Shown: one piece after another, positions 9,740 through 19,239 of the stretch
Position numbering within the stretch: the stretch's first letter is position 1
How the letters are laid out: every line of letters begins with the position of its first letter
DNA from: Acidobacteriota bacterium
Lineage (GTDB): Bacteria > Acidobacteriota > UBA6911 > RPQK01 > JAJDTT01
Reading direction: 5' to 3'
DNA length: 64,000 nt
NCBI GenBank assembly: GCA_965263035.1
Contig: OZ253580.1
Location: 5,024,001-5,088,000, forward strand
Program-made: the position numbers and the translations under genes
Notes under the pieces: model-generated
What the model saw: only the letters and a program-made list of their open reading frames with translations
Database searches by the model: none
What the model was told of the DNA's origin: nothing

Positions 9740-11059
9740 TCAGCCCGCCTGGATGGTCCGCTTCGCCGGATCGAAGGTCATGCGACGTCCGTTCCAGTAG
9801 GCGTCGTTGGACATGATGCAGGCGATGGAATGGGCGTAGCCAGCGTCGACCGTGCAGTAGAGACTCTTGGGATCCTGCCGCCGGACCGCATCGAGCCAGT
9901 TGGCCATGTGGCTGACTTCGCCCGGGGCATCGGGCACCCCGACCATATCGGCCACCTTCCCCTCGGCCTTGACGCCCTTGCCCGAGAATTGCCAACCGTG
10001 GGAAGGATCGGCGTTGGGCTCCTCCTTGCCCTGTTTCCAATCCATCCCGCCGCCGGGAGAGAAGCTGCCCAGGGTGCCGTGGACCTGCGTCGCCTTGCCG
10101 TAGCCGTTGATGAGATTGGTGGAGTAGACGGCCATGAGTTTATTGCCGTCCTTCTCGTACTCGAGAGCGACTTCCAAGGTGTCCGGATTCTCTCTCCAGT
10201 CCTTATACTTGTAGATGCCGCCGTGGGCCACGGCGCTCAACGGAGTCGTCACGCCGGCCAACATGTGGGCCAGGTCGATTCCGTGAGTCATCCACTGGTC
10301 GATGATGCCGCTGGAGAAGTCCTTCCAGAGGCGGAAGCAGCGGAAGATCCTGGGATCGAAGGGGCGGTGGGGTTTCCCCATGAGCCAGCTGTTCCAATCC
10401 ACGTCGCTCTCTTTGACCATGGAGCGCTGGTCGGCTCGCCCGGCCCAACGGTAGGGACTGTAGGCGTTCCATAGGATATCCACCTTGACCACGTCGCCGA
10501 TGATTCCGTCGGCGATCATCTTGGCGGCCTGCCGGTACTTGGGCCAGGAGCGCCTCTGGGTCCCGATCTGAACGATGGTTCCGGCCTTCCTCACCGCGTC
10601 CAGGGCGTCGTTGGCCTCCTCCAGGACGTTGGACATGGGCTTCTCGCAGTAGGCGTCCTTGCCGGCTTCGGCGGCCGCCTTCAGGATCTGGGCGTGGGCG
10701 TGGTCGGGAGTCGCGATGATGACGGCATCCAGATCGGCGTCGGCCAGGATCTCTTCGTGGTGACGGTACACCTTGGGAGCCTGCCCCTGCTTTTCCGTGA
10801 CGAACTTGGAGGATTCTTCACGCCGGTAGCTCCAGAGATCGGCGACCGCCGTCAGGTGAGCGTTGAAGCGATGGTTCTGGGCGAAGAAGTTCTTGAGAAG
10901 GGACGTGCCGCGGCCGCCCGGACCTATGATTCCCACGTTGATCCGATTGTTCACGTTGCGGGCGCTGGCGATTCCGGGGAACCCGGCGACGGCCAATCCT
11001 GCCCCCACTCCAGTGGAGCGAGACAGAAATCGACGGCGGCTGATGGATGACTTGCTCAT
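9740..11059 (-). CDS. Tat-exported Gfo/Idh/MocA family oxidoreductase
   Basis: SRRRFL Tat motif; IIGPGGRG, IATPDHAH, YCEKP, QIGTQRRS; AAGGAG RBS before ATG 11059. Confidence 0.92.
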   Translation of the reverse strand: MSKSSISRRRFLSRSTGVGAGLAVAGFPGIASARNVNNRINVGIIGPGGRGTSLLKNFFAQNHRFNAHLTAVADLWSYRREESSKFVTEKQGQAPKVYRHHEEILADADLDAVIIATPDHAHAQILKAAAEAGKDAYCEKPMSNVLEEANDALDAVRKAGTIVQIGTQRRSWPKYRQAAKMIADGIIGDVVKVDILWNAYSPYRWAGRADQRSMVKESDVDWNSWLMGKPHRPFDPRIFRCFRLWKDFSSGIIDQWMTHGIDLAHMLAGVTTPLSAVAHGGIYKYKDWRENPDTLEVALEYEKDGNKLMAVYSTNLINGYGKATQVHGTLGSFSPGGGMDWKQGKEEPNADPSHGWQFSGKGVKAEGKVADMVGVPDAPGEVSHMANWLDAVRRQDPKSLYCTVDAGYAHSIACIMSNDAYWNGRRMTFDPAKRTIQAG

Positions 11060-11184
11060 GACGACTCCTTTTTTCCGGTGCATGGCTCCCGGTCCGAGGG
11101 CGCTCGGAAACGGGAATGAGAAGATTATGGACGCCGGCCCCTGCGGTCGACTGCCGCCATATTAGCCGAATCTCCTCCGGCGGT

Positions 11185-12424
11185 TCAAGCATCCGCGGCC
11201 AGACGTGCCACCGTCGCCCACAGTCCCGAGGGGAGGTACTTGTCCCATCCCGACCAACTCTCGATGGACGTGGACTCCCAGAGGACGACCCCCTCGGCTC
11301 CCGCCTCCCGAGCCGCCCGAACGCCCGATTCCAGCCGTGCCGAGCCCTCCTGCAGTCCCAACTGGTCCAGGTTGTAGCAGTAGATTCCGGCCAGGATGCC
11401 GCCCCCGCCATCGGCCGACTGCCTGGCCTGGCGAATCTGCCGTGTCACGGCCTGCGGGTCCAGCCGCGCCAAGTTCCATTCGGGCAGCATGATGTGGGCC
11501 TCCTGGCAGAGTCCCTTGGCGAGCCACGAGGTCCAGTCCACCAGCGCGCCCTTCAGGGCGTCGGTTCGGATCCGCCAGAGGCTCGTCTCCTCCAGGAGCC
11601 CGTCACGGACGTAGCGGGGCCAGTCGGGAAGGACCTGACTCAAGGGACTCTCCGGCGACGCCAGCACGCTCACGGGATATTCGCCACTCTTGGTCCGCCG
11701 CTGCCGGTCCAGCTCTGCCATGAAACGGGTGACGTACGCGGCCCGGTGGCGAATCCAGGAATCGGCGTGGTTGGGTTGCTCCCTGGGATCGATCCCATGG
11801 TCCCGCCGGTAACTCTCCAGGGCCGGCGCCTCATAGCCGTAACGACAGACGCCCCACCGGTCCAGTTGCGGAGGCAGGTTCTCGTCGATCCGGGGCAGTT
11901 GGCGGACGAAGTCCAACAGGACGCCCCGGAAACCGTAGGACATGAGTTCCTCGACGACCGACAGCTTGTGGCGCCGCACTTCGGGATAGGCGAAGCTGAG
12001 CCGGGAGGACCTCCGGTGTCCGTCCCGGGCCACCGCATGGTACTGGGGATGCTCCCGGGCGAAACGGGTCAGCGAGACCTGGCCGTGGGACTCTTCGTAG
12101 AGGCTGTACCAGACCCAGGGCTCCAGGCCGGCTCCGAGAGTGCACTCCACGGCCTCCTCCAGCAGGTTCCAGGTCGAGTAGTCCGTTTCGGCCAGCGTGA
12201 CCTTCCAGTATTCGGGTGCCTCGCACGCTTCTCGGTCCTCGCCCCGATAAGGTGTTCTCGAGAGGGCTGGGGTAGAAGACTCGGGAGCCGCAGTTGGCTC
12301 TCCAGTAGATCCTGCGGATACCCCCCGCGGCGCAGGCGTCCGCGATCCTGCGGACCCCCACCCTCCCCCAATTGCCCCAGGCGGCGGCCCAGTCGGGGTG
12401 CGTGACCACGGTATCGATGACCAT
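11185..12424 (-). pseudogene. DUF187/GH10-like TIM-barrel protein with one frameshift near 12250
   Basis: N-terminus MVIDTVVTHPDW...GIRRIYWR...SPLENT lies in one frame and continues as YRGEDREA...LSFAYPEVR...GVLLDFVR...HGIDP in another; junction ACC-T-TAT-CGG suggests one extra T. Confidence 0.7.
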
Positions 12425-12428
12425 CGGT

Positions 12429-13490
12429 TCAAGTGAGCGCCGGGTCGGCTCCTAGGTCCCGGAAATCGTGGATCAGCGCGTCGACGTCCTCGTCCCGGGT
12501 GTCCCAGCTGCACATGAAGCGGGCGGCGCCGCCGGGCATGATTCCCACCGTCCAGCCCCGTTGCCTCAGGGCCGCTGCCAGCGCGGGCTCGAGACGGACG
12601 AATACGCCATTGGCTTCCCGCGGGTAGGGTATGGAGATGCCCTCCAACCGTCTCAAGCCCCGCTCCAACCGGGCGGCGCAGGCATTGGCGTGCCGGGCGT
12701 TGCGGAGCCAGGCGCCGCTCTTGAGAAGGGCCGTCCAGGGCGCCGACAGGAAACGCATCTTGGAAGCGACCTGGCCCGATTGCTTCCAACGATACTCGAA
12801 GCCCGAGGCCAGCTCCCGATCGAAGAAGACGATCGCCTCCCCCTGGTGGAGTCCATTCTTGGTGCAGCCGAAGGAGAGGACGTCGACACCCGCTCTCCAG
12901 GTCGTGTCGGCCGGCTCGCAGTCCAGGTGGATCAGGGCATTTGCCAGACGGGCCCCGTCCATGTGGACCCGGAGTCCCAATTCGCGGCTCAGGTTGGAGA
13001 TCTCCCGGAGCCGCTCCAGGCTGTAGACGGTTCCCATCTCCGTGGCCTGGGTCAGACTGACGAGCCGGGGGGCGGGATATTGGAAGTCGCGGGTTCGGGT
13101 CTCGACCGCGTACCGGATGCCGGCGGCGTCCAGTTTTCCGTGCTCTCCAGGTAGGGGCAGCACCTTGGAGCCGCCGCTGAAGAACTCCGGACCGCCGCAT
13201 TCCCCCAGGTCGAGATGAGCCGTCTCGTGACAGATGGCCAGCTCATAGCTCCGGCAGAGATGAGCCACCGCCAGCGAGTTGGCAGCCGAACCGGTGAAGA
13301 CGAAGTAGATTCGGCAATCGGTGGAGAAAACGTCCTGAATGGCGGCGCGCGCCTCCTGGGTATAGGAGTCGAAGCCGTAGGCGGGAGCGTGTCCCCGATT
13401 GGCACGATCCAATGCCTCCCACGCCTCGGGGCAGATGCCCGTATTCGTGTCGCTCGCGAACCCGCGAATCCGGCTATTCCGTATAACCAT
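12429..13490 (-). CDS. ltaE: low-specificity L-threonine aldolase
   Basis: FASDTN, TGSAANSL, TQATEMGTVY, HMDGARLANA, FGCTKNG. Confidence 0.88.
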   Translation of the reverse strand: MVIRNSRIRGFASDTNTGICPEAWEALDRANRGHAPAYGFDSYTQEARAAIQDVFSTDCRIYFVFTGSAANSLAVAHLCRSYELAICHETAHLDLGECGGPEFFSGGSKVLPLPGEHGKLDAAGIRYAVETRTRDFQYPAPRLVSLTQATEMGTVYSLERLREISNLSRELGLRVHMDGARLANALIHLDCEPADTTWRAGVDVLSFGCTKNGLHQGEAIVFFDRELASGFEYRWKQSGQVASKMRFLSAPWTALLKSGAWLRNARHANACAARLERGLRRLEGISIPYPREANGVFVRLEPALAAALRQRGWTVGIMPGGAARFMCSWDTRDEDVDALIHDFRDLGADPALT

Positions 13491-13641
13491 GTTTTCTCCG
13501 TGCGTTTCGTTTCAGGAGCGGTTTCAGCACGCTTCCCGAGGCTTCTTGACACTGCAAGTGGCTTGATAGAGCATTTGCGCAATTCGCATTCCCGAGACGG
13601 ACCGCGAAGACTTGGCACGCAGGCGCAGACGCCGAGGACTC

Positions 13642-14808
13642 ATGACCACAGGCATCGACTGGAATCCGAATCTGGCCCAGCTTCCGTTTTCTCCCATACG
13701 CAAGTATTTCAACACCGCCGCCGCCATGGAAGATGTGGTCCATCTCTCCATCGGCCAGCCCGATTTTCCGACTCCCTCCCATATCGTCGAGGCACACGTC
13801 CAAGCGCTTCGGGAGGGTAAGACGCGGTATGAGCTGGACGCCGGCCTGCCCCGGCTCCGGGAGGCCGTCGCCGACTGGTACAATCTCCGCTACGGCATCG
13901 ATCTCGGGCCCGACAACGTCCTCATCACCACCGGATGTTGCCAAGCCATGTTCATGGCTCTCACCGCCGCTGTCAAACCGGGCATGGAGGTGATCGTGGT
14001 GGAGCCGGTCTTCATCCTGGTCCACATCATTCGCATGGCCGGAGGCATCCCTCGGCCCCTGGTCACGACGGCCGGGGAAGGGTACCAGTTGGATCCGCAG
14101 GCGGTAATCGACGCCATCAACGAACGCACCTGCGCCATCATGATCAACTCCCCGGGGAATCCGACGGGAGCCATCTATCCCGCGGAGACGATCCGCGCCA
14201 TCAGCGAGGCGGCGGCCGAGCGGGGCTTGGCGCTGATCAGCGACGAGGTCTACGAGTGCCTCATTCTCGACGACGTGGAGTACGCCAGCGCCTTGACCTG
14301 CTCCCCGGCGCTGGATCATGTGATCGTGGCCAGCAGCGTGTCCAAGACCTATTCCATGGCCGGTCTGCGTCTGGGATGGGCCATCTCCAGCACCCGGAAC
14401 ATCGTGGACCTTCAGCGCTACCACATGTTCATCAGCACCACCGAGAACACGGCTTCCCAGTGGGCCGTCGTGGCGGCACTGGAAGGGGACCAGAGTTGCG
14501 TCGACGAGATGGTCCGGCAATACCGCAGGCGCCGGGACCGGATCGTGGAGCTGGTTAATCAGGCGCCCTCTCTGACCGGCTACAAGCCGGGGGGTGCGTT
14601 CTTCATCATGCCCTTCCTTCCCGAGGGAGCCGATGGATTCGACGTGGCCATGCAGATGCTCCGGGAGGCCCGTGTCTGCACCATCCCGGGAGGCGCGTTC
14701 GGCCGATCCTGCAACAACGCCCTGCGGATCAGCTTCGCCACCTCTATGGACGAAATCGAAAAGGCATTCGAAAGGATGATTCCATGGCTCGAGAAACAAT
14801 CATTCTGA
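13642..14808 (+). CDS. class I/II PLP aminotransferase
   Basis: LSIGQPDF, NSPGNPTG, SDEVY, SVSKTYSMAGLRLGW. Confidence 0.92.
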   Translation: MTTGIDWNPNLAQLPFSPIRKYFNTAAAMEDVVHLSIGQPDFPTPSHIVEAHVQALREGKTRYELDAGLPRLREAVADWYNLRYGIDLGPDNVLITTGCCQAMFMALTAAVKPGMEVIVVEPVFILVHIIRMAGGIPRPLVTTAGEGYQLDPQAVIDAINERTCAIMINSPGNPTGAIYPAETIRAISEAAAERGLALISDEVYECLILDDVEYASALTCSPALDHVIVASSVSKTYSMAGLRLGWAISSTRNIVDLQRYHMFISTTENTASQWAVVAALEGDQSCVDEMVRQYRRRRDRIVELVNQAPSLTGYKPGGAFFIMPFLPEGADGFDVAMQMLREARVCTIPGGAFGRSCNNALRISFATSMDEIEKAFERMIPWLEKQSF

Positions 14809-15779
14809 CCCGCAAGGACATCGGTTCCCGAATCGACATCAAGGCCGCCATCCCCGCCATCGAGCACGCCATGGGAGAGTTCGAGCGGGGTAATGATTTC
14901 CTCCCGCCCAAGGCCATCTATCCGTTGTCGATTCCCGGGACGAGCGGGGGCATGGCGGCCTGCATCACCGGCTATACCGAGGCCGCCGACCTGCTTTCCA
15001 TGAAGGTCGGCCAGGAACGGGCCGACAACCTGGAATGGGGTCTGCCCACCACCAACAGCTGGATCGCGGCATTCGATCCCCGGACCGGAGAGCTCCTGAT
15101 GATCTGCGACGGCACCCTGCCCACCATGTACCGGACCGGTGCGGCTGCGGCGGTGAGCGCGAAGCACTTGAGCCGTCCCGATTCGGCGACGCTGGCCGTG
15201 ATCGGCGCCGGACAGTTGGGACGCCAGTGCCTGCGGGCGGTCAGCTCGGTCCGGCCCTTCAGCCGGATCTACCTCCACGATATGCGCCGGGAAGCGGCCG
15301 AGCAGGTGAGCCGCGAACTCGCCGGTGAGGCGCCGGCGCCGATCCAGGTGGCGGAGGCCGAGGAGGCGTGCCGCGGGGCGGACGTCATCGTAACCGCGAC
15401 CACCAGCCGCCGGCCCATCGTCCAGTCCGATTGGGTGCGGCCCGGAACTCACCTCTGCTGCATGGGTTCGGATCTGGCGGAGAAGATCGAATGTGAAATG
15501 GAGTTGATGCCCCGCTGCCGGCTTTTCGCCGACTTTGTCGAGCATGCTCTGGTTCGGGGCGAGGTGAGTCAGGCGGTGGAGGCCGGAATCCTGGGCCAGG
15601 ACTGCTATGCCGGCTCGCTGGGCCAGGTCATCAACGGGGACGTCGCGGGCCGGACGGACGAGGATCAGATCACCCTCTATGACGGAGTGGGGATCGGCAT
15701 CCAGGACACCACGATCGCTCGCACCATTTTCCAGCAGGCCCGCGACCAGGATCTGGGCGTCCACATCGCCTTTTCCTGA
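14784..15779 (+). CDS. ornithine cyclodeaminase/mu-crystallin family imine reductase
   Basis: TMYRTGAAAAV, IGAGQLG, ADVIVTATTS, GRTDEDQITLYDGVGIGIQD. Confidence 0.9.
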   Translation: MARETIILTRKDIGSRIDIKAAIPAIEHAMGEFERGNDFLPPKAIYPLSIPGTSGGMAACITGYTEAADLLSMKVGQERADNLEWGLPTTNSWIAAFDPRTGELLMICDGTLPTMYRTGAAAAVSAKHLSRPDSATLAVIGAGQLGRQCLRAVSSVRPFSRIYLHDMRREAAEQVSRELAGEAPAPIQVAEAEEACRGADVIVTATTSRRPIVQSDWVRPGTHLCCMGSDLAEKIECEMELMPRCRLFADFVEHALVRGEVSQAVEAGILGQDCYAGSLGQVINGDVAGRTDEDQITLYDGVGIGIQDTTIARTIFQQARDQDLGVHIAFS

Positions 15780-15819
15780 GGGGGCCGGTGGAGGATAAAC
15801 ACGGGGGCATCGACGGGAG

Positions 15820-17202
15820 GTGCAAATGAAAGGCAGAAGTTGGTCGCGCCGTTTCTTTCTTGGCGCCTCGGCCGCGTTCGCAGGCGCCCGGCTTACGGGC
15901 CGGGCGGCCTCGGCGCCGCTGACAAAAACGACTCGAGACGATCGGCTGGCTCTGCTGGGAGGAACTCCGGTCCGGTCGCGGCCCTTCAGCTCGTGGCCGA
16001 TCCTCGAAGACGGCGACCGGAAGATCTGGAAAGAAGTGCTGGAAACGCGGCGCTGGAACCGCAGGGGCGGCAGCTACGTCGAGCGTTTCGAGGCGGAGTG
16101 GAAGGATCGGCTGGGTGCCAGGTACGTCGTCGCCACCTCCAGCGGGACCAGCGCCCTCTACACTTCATTGAAGGCCTTGGGCGTGGGACCCGGAGACGAG
16201 GTCATCGTCCCCCCATATACCTTCGTAGCCACCATCAACGTGGTTCTGCTCTGCCACGCTCTCCCCATTTTCGCGGACTCGGATCGGGAGACTTCCCAGA
16301 TGGATGCGTCACGAATCGAGGGCGCGGTGACCGGCCGGACCCGAGCCGTCATCCCGGTGCATCTGGGAGGCAACGTGTGTGACCTGGACCGGATCCTGGA
16401 GATTTCCCGGAATCGGGAGATTCGGGTAGTGGAAGACGCCTGTCAGGCCCATCTGGCGGAATGGAGAGGACGCCGGGTGGGAACCTTGGGAGATCTGGGT
16501 TGCTTCAGCTTTCAGGCGTCCAAGAATCTGAATTGCGGAGAGGGGGGAGCGATTACCGGTAACGACCCCGAACTGGTCGCGATCTGCACCAGCTTCCAGG
16601 ACGCCGGGCGGGGCTACCAGGCGACGTCCGAGGGACGCCTGGAGCGAGCGGCCGCACCGTTGGCCCACGTGCGAAGCGGCGACAACCGGCGCATGACCGA
16701 ATTTCAGGGGGCGCTGCTGGTGGCCCAATTGCAGCGCCTCGACGCCCAGACTCGACTTCGAAGGGAGAACGCTGCCTACCTGACTCGGCTGTTCCACGAG
16801 ATTCCCGGCATCGAGCCCTCGCGGCAATATGAGGGCTGCACCGGCAATGCTTATCACCTGTACATGTTCCGCTACCGGCCCGAGGCTTTTTCCGGTCTTC
16901 CGAGGAACCGTTTCCTGGAAGCGCTTCGGGCGGAGGGGTTTCGCTGTTCTCCCGGCTACCGTCCACTGAACCGGGAGCCGTTCCTGGAGCGGGCCGTCCA
17001 GTCCCGAGCCTTTCGGAGGATCTATCCGGAAAAGGTGCTCAAGGAGTGGCCCGAGCGGAATCGTTGCCCCGGGAACGATCTTCTTTGCGAAGAGGCCGTC
17101 TGGATGGGACAATCCGTCTTTCTGGGTTCGCGTTCCGATATGGAGGAGATCGCGGCGGCAGTCCGGAAAGTCAGGAGACTCGCGTCGACCCTGGTGGGGT
17201 AG
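15820..17202 (+). CDS. DegT/DnrJ/EryC1/StrS sugar aminotransferase with Tat signal
   Basis: SRRFFLG Tat motif; [39 protein letters not shown]. Confidence 0.92.
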   Translation: MQMKGRSWSRRFFLGASAAFAGARLTGRAASAPLTKTTRDDRLALLGGTPVRSRPFSSWPILEDGDRKIWKEVLETRRWNRRGGSYVERFEAEWKDRLGARYVVATSSGTSALYTSLKALGVGPGDEVIVPPYTFVATINVVLLCHALPIFADSDRETSQMDASRIEGAVTGRTRAVIPVHLGGNVCDLDRILEISRNREIRVVEDACQAHLAEWRGRRVGTLGDLGCFSFQASKNLNCGEGGAITGNDPELVAICTSFQDAGRGYQATSEGRLERAAAPLAHVRSGDNRRMTEFQGALLVAQLQRLDAQTRLRRENAAYLTRLFHEIPGIEPSRQYEGCTGNAYHLYMFRYRPEAFSGLPRNRFLEALRAEGFRCSPGYRPLNREPFLERAVQSRAFRRIYPEKVLKEWPERNRCPGNDLLCEEAVWMGQSVFLGSRSDMEEIAAAVRKVRRLASTLVG

Positions 17203-17386
17203 GAGAATGCCCTATTGGTCGCTTGGAGAGAACCTCCGCAGCTTGGGGTCGAAACTTGTACAAGCAGGTCCGGCTCAAGTAAACTTGGTGTTTGAAATCC
17301 CTTAAGAGCATCCTCGAGTCGTTATTTTCTAGTTTGCGAACGGTGGCAAAGGGCCGACTAGCGGACCCTGAATCAAGGAAGCCTTC

Positions 17387-18910
17387 ATGAACATCTTGCT
17401 GTACAACCCCGACAACCAGGTGACGAAGAACTACATGCCGCATCTGTGGATGTTTGTCCTGCAGGCCGTGACGCCTCCGGGGCACAAGGTGTTCCTGATC
17501 GACGGGAACGCCCAGCCCATGACCCGGGCGGACATCATTGAATTCGTCAAGGAGAACGATATCAAGCTGGCCGGCATCGGGGCCATGACCCGCATGGCGG
17601 CGCGCGCGTACCAGATGGCCGACGCCATTCGGTCGGCGGGTGCCAAGGTCGTGATGGGGGGACCTCACGTGACCGAGGTTCCTGACGAGCCGATCGGAAG
17701 GAGCGGCGAACCTCGCCACGCCGACGCGGTGGCTCTGGGGGAAGCGGATAATCTCTGGGCCAAGATCGTGGCCGATGCGGAGGCGGGTCAGCTTCAAGAA
17801 GTCTACAAGCCAGTCGATGAAACGGGCCATGAGATCAAGCCCTCTTTGGACGACTACCCCCACATTCCATGGGAAGATCTGGACTTGAGTCAGTTCGACC
17901 TCATGTCCAAGATCCCCAACTGGGGCCGCTACCTGCTGACGAAAGCGGGAAACACTTGGACGAGCCTTTACATCGTACCCATCGAGTCCGGCAGGGGCTG
18001 TCCGTACGGATGCGACTTCTGCACCGTCACCGGGTTCTTCGGCGACTCCATTCGCTTCCGAAGCGATCAGAGCGTCGTTGACGAGATGCTGCGGCTCAAG
18101 GCCCGGGCCCGAAAGGAGGGCGGCAGAGTCGGCGTTTTCTTCATCGACGACAACTTCGCCCTCAACAAGCGGCGGACCAAATCGCTACTCCGGGCCATCA
18201 TCGCCCAGGGTGCCCAAATTCCGTGGGTGGCGCAGATCAGCGTGAATCTGCTGAAGGACGAAGAGCTGGTAGACCTGATCAAAGAGAGTGGTGGCCGATG
18301 GATTTTCATGGGTCTCGAGTCGGTTGACGACGAGAATCTCAAGGGAGTGAACAAGGGCTTCAATAATCCCACGCAATACGCGGAGGTCCTGGACCGCCTC
18401 GCCAGACGGGGAATTTACTCCATCACCTCCTTCATCTTCGGGATGGACGGCGATCGTCCGGGAGTGGCCCGGAAGACCCTGGACATCATCGACAGCTGGC
18501 CTCCGGGGCTACCCGTATTCGGCTTGCTGACGCCCTATCCCGCAACGCCGTTGTATGATCGTTTGCTGGCGCAGGATCGGCTGACCCGTCCCAAACACTG
18601 GCTCGATTTCAGGCCTTTCCGCATGGCTTTCACTCCCAAAAAAATCAGCATCAAGGCGGCCGAAGCCGAAGTTCACGAAGCCTGGAGCCGGTCTTACTCA
18701 CCCCAGACCACGGCCCAGGCATTGAAGAAAATAGAGGGGCGTCCCTTCCACGAACGAACGTTGATGTTCTTCACGCGGCTGGCGTTCCGGGGCATCTACT
18801 TTCCTCAGATGAAGAAGCGGCATTGGATCCTGTTGCTCTGGCAGAACCGGTCCAGTTTCATGCGCATTCTTTCCGAGGGCATCCGAGAACTTCGCCGGAC
18901 GAGAGCCTAG
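17387..18910 (+). CDS. B12-binding-domain radical SAM protein
   Basis: VMGGPHVT and GEAD in N-terminal domain; GRGCPYGCDFC CxxxCxxC; FIDDNF; MGLES. Confidence 0.9.
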   Translation: MNILLYNPDNQVTKNYMPHLWMFVLQAVTPPGHKVFLIDGNAQPMTRADIIEFVKENDIKLAGIGAMTRMAARAYQMADAIRSAGAKVVMGGPHVTEVPDEPIGRSGEPRHADAVALGEADNLWAKIVADAEAGQLQEVYKPVDETGHEIKPSLDDYPHIPWEDLDLSQFDLMSKIPNWGRYLLTKAGNTWTSLYIVPIESGRGCPYGCDFCTVTGFFGDSIRFRSDQSVVDEMLRLKARARKEGGRVGVFFIDDNFALNKRRTKSLLRAIIAQGAQIPWVAQISVNLLKDEELVDLIKESGGRWIFMGLESVDDENLKGVNKGFNNPTQYAEVLDRLARRGIYSITSFIFGMDGDRPGVARKTLDIIDSWPPGLPVFGLLTPYPATPLYDRLLAQDRLTRPKHWLDFRPFRMAFTPKKISIKAAEAEVHEAWSRSYSPQTTAQALKKIEGRPFHERTLMFFTRLAFRGIYFPQMKKRHWILLLWQNRSSFMRILSEGIRELRRTRA

Positions 18911-19239
18911 CTCGCGTTGCAATGTCGCCTCCTCCTGAACGGTGGCGGCGTTTCAGGGTCCCATGCCGCTCTTTTGTTGACGAGCGGCTGCGACCGCCAA
19001 TCTCCGGCACCAGCCTGGATCATCGTCCCGGTTGAACCTCAGACTCACGGAGGCTCTGTTCCAGTCCCTTTTTCGGGGTTTTGCGATGGGTGGCCGCCAG
19101 CGTCGGCGGGCGACTTTTTTTCGGGGGAGAAGGGTACAATAACGCCGTCCGAGCGAGAGTTGGCTGATCGACGGCTGTGGTGCCGGTGCAGAAGATCCGG
19201 TCGCCGGTACGGTTGTGTTTTTTCTAGTGTCTGGGAGTC

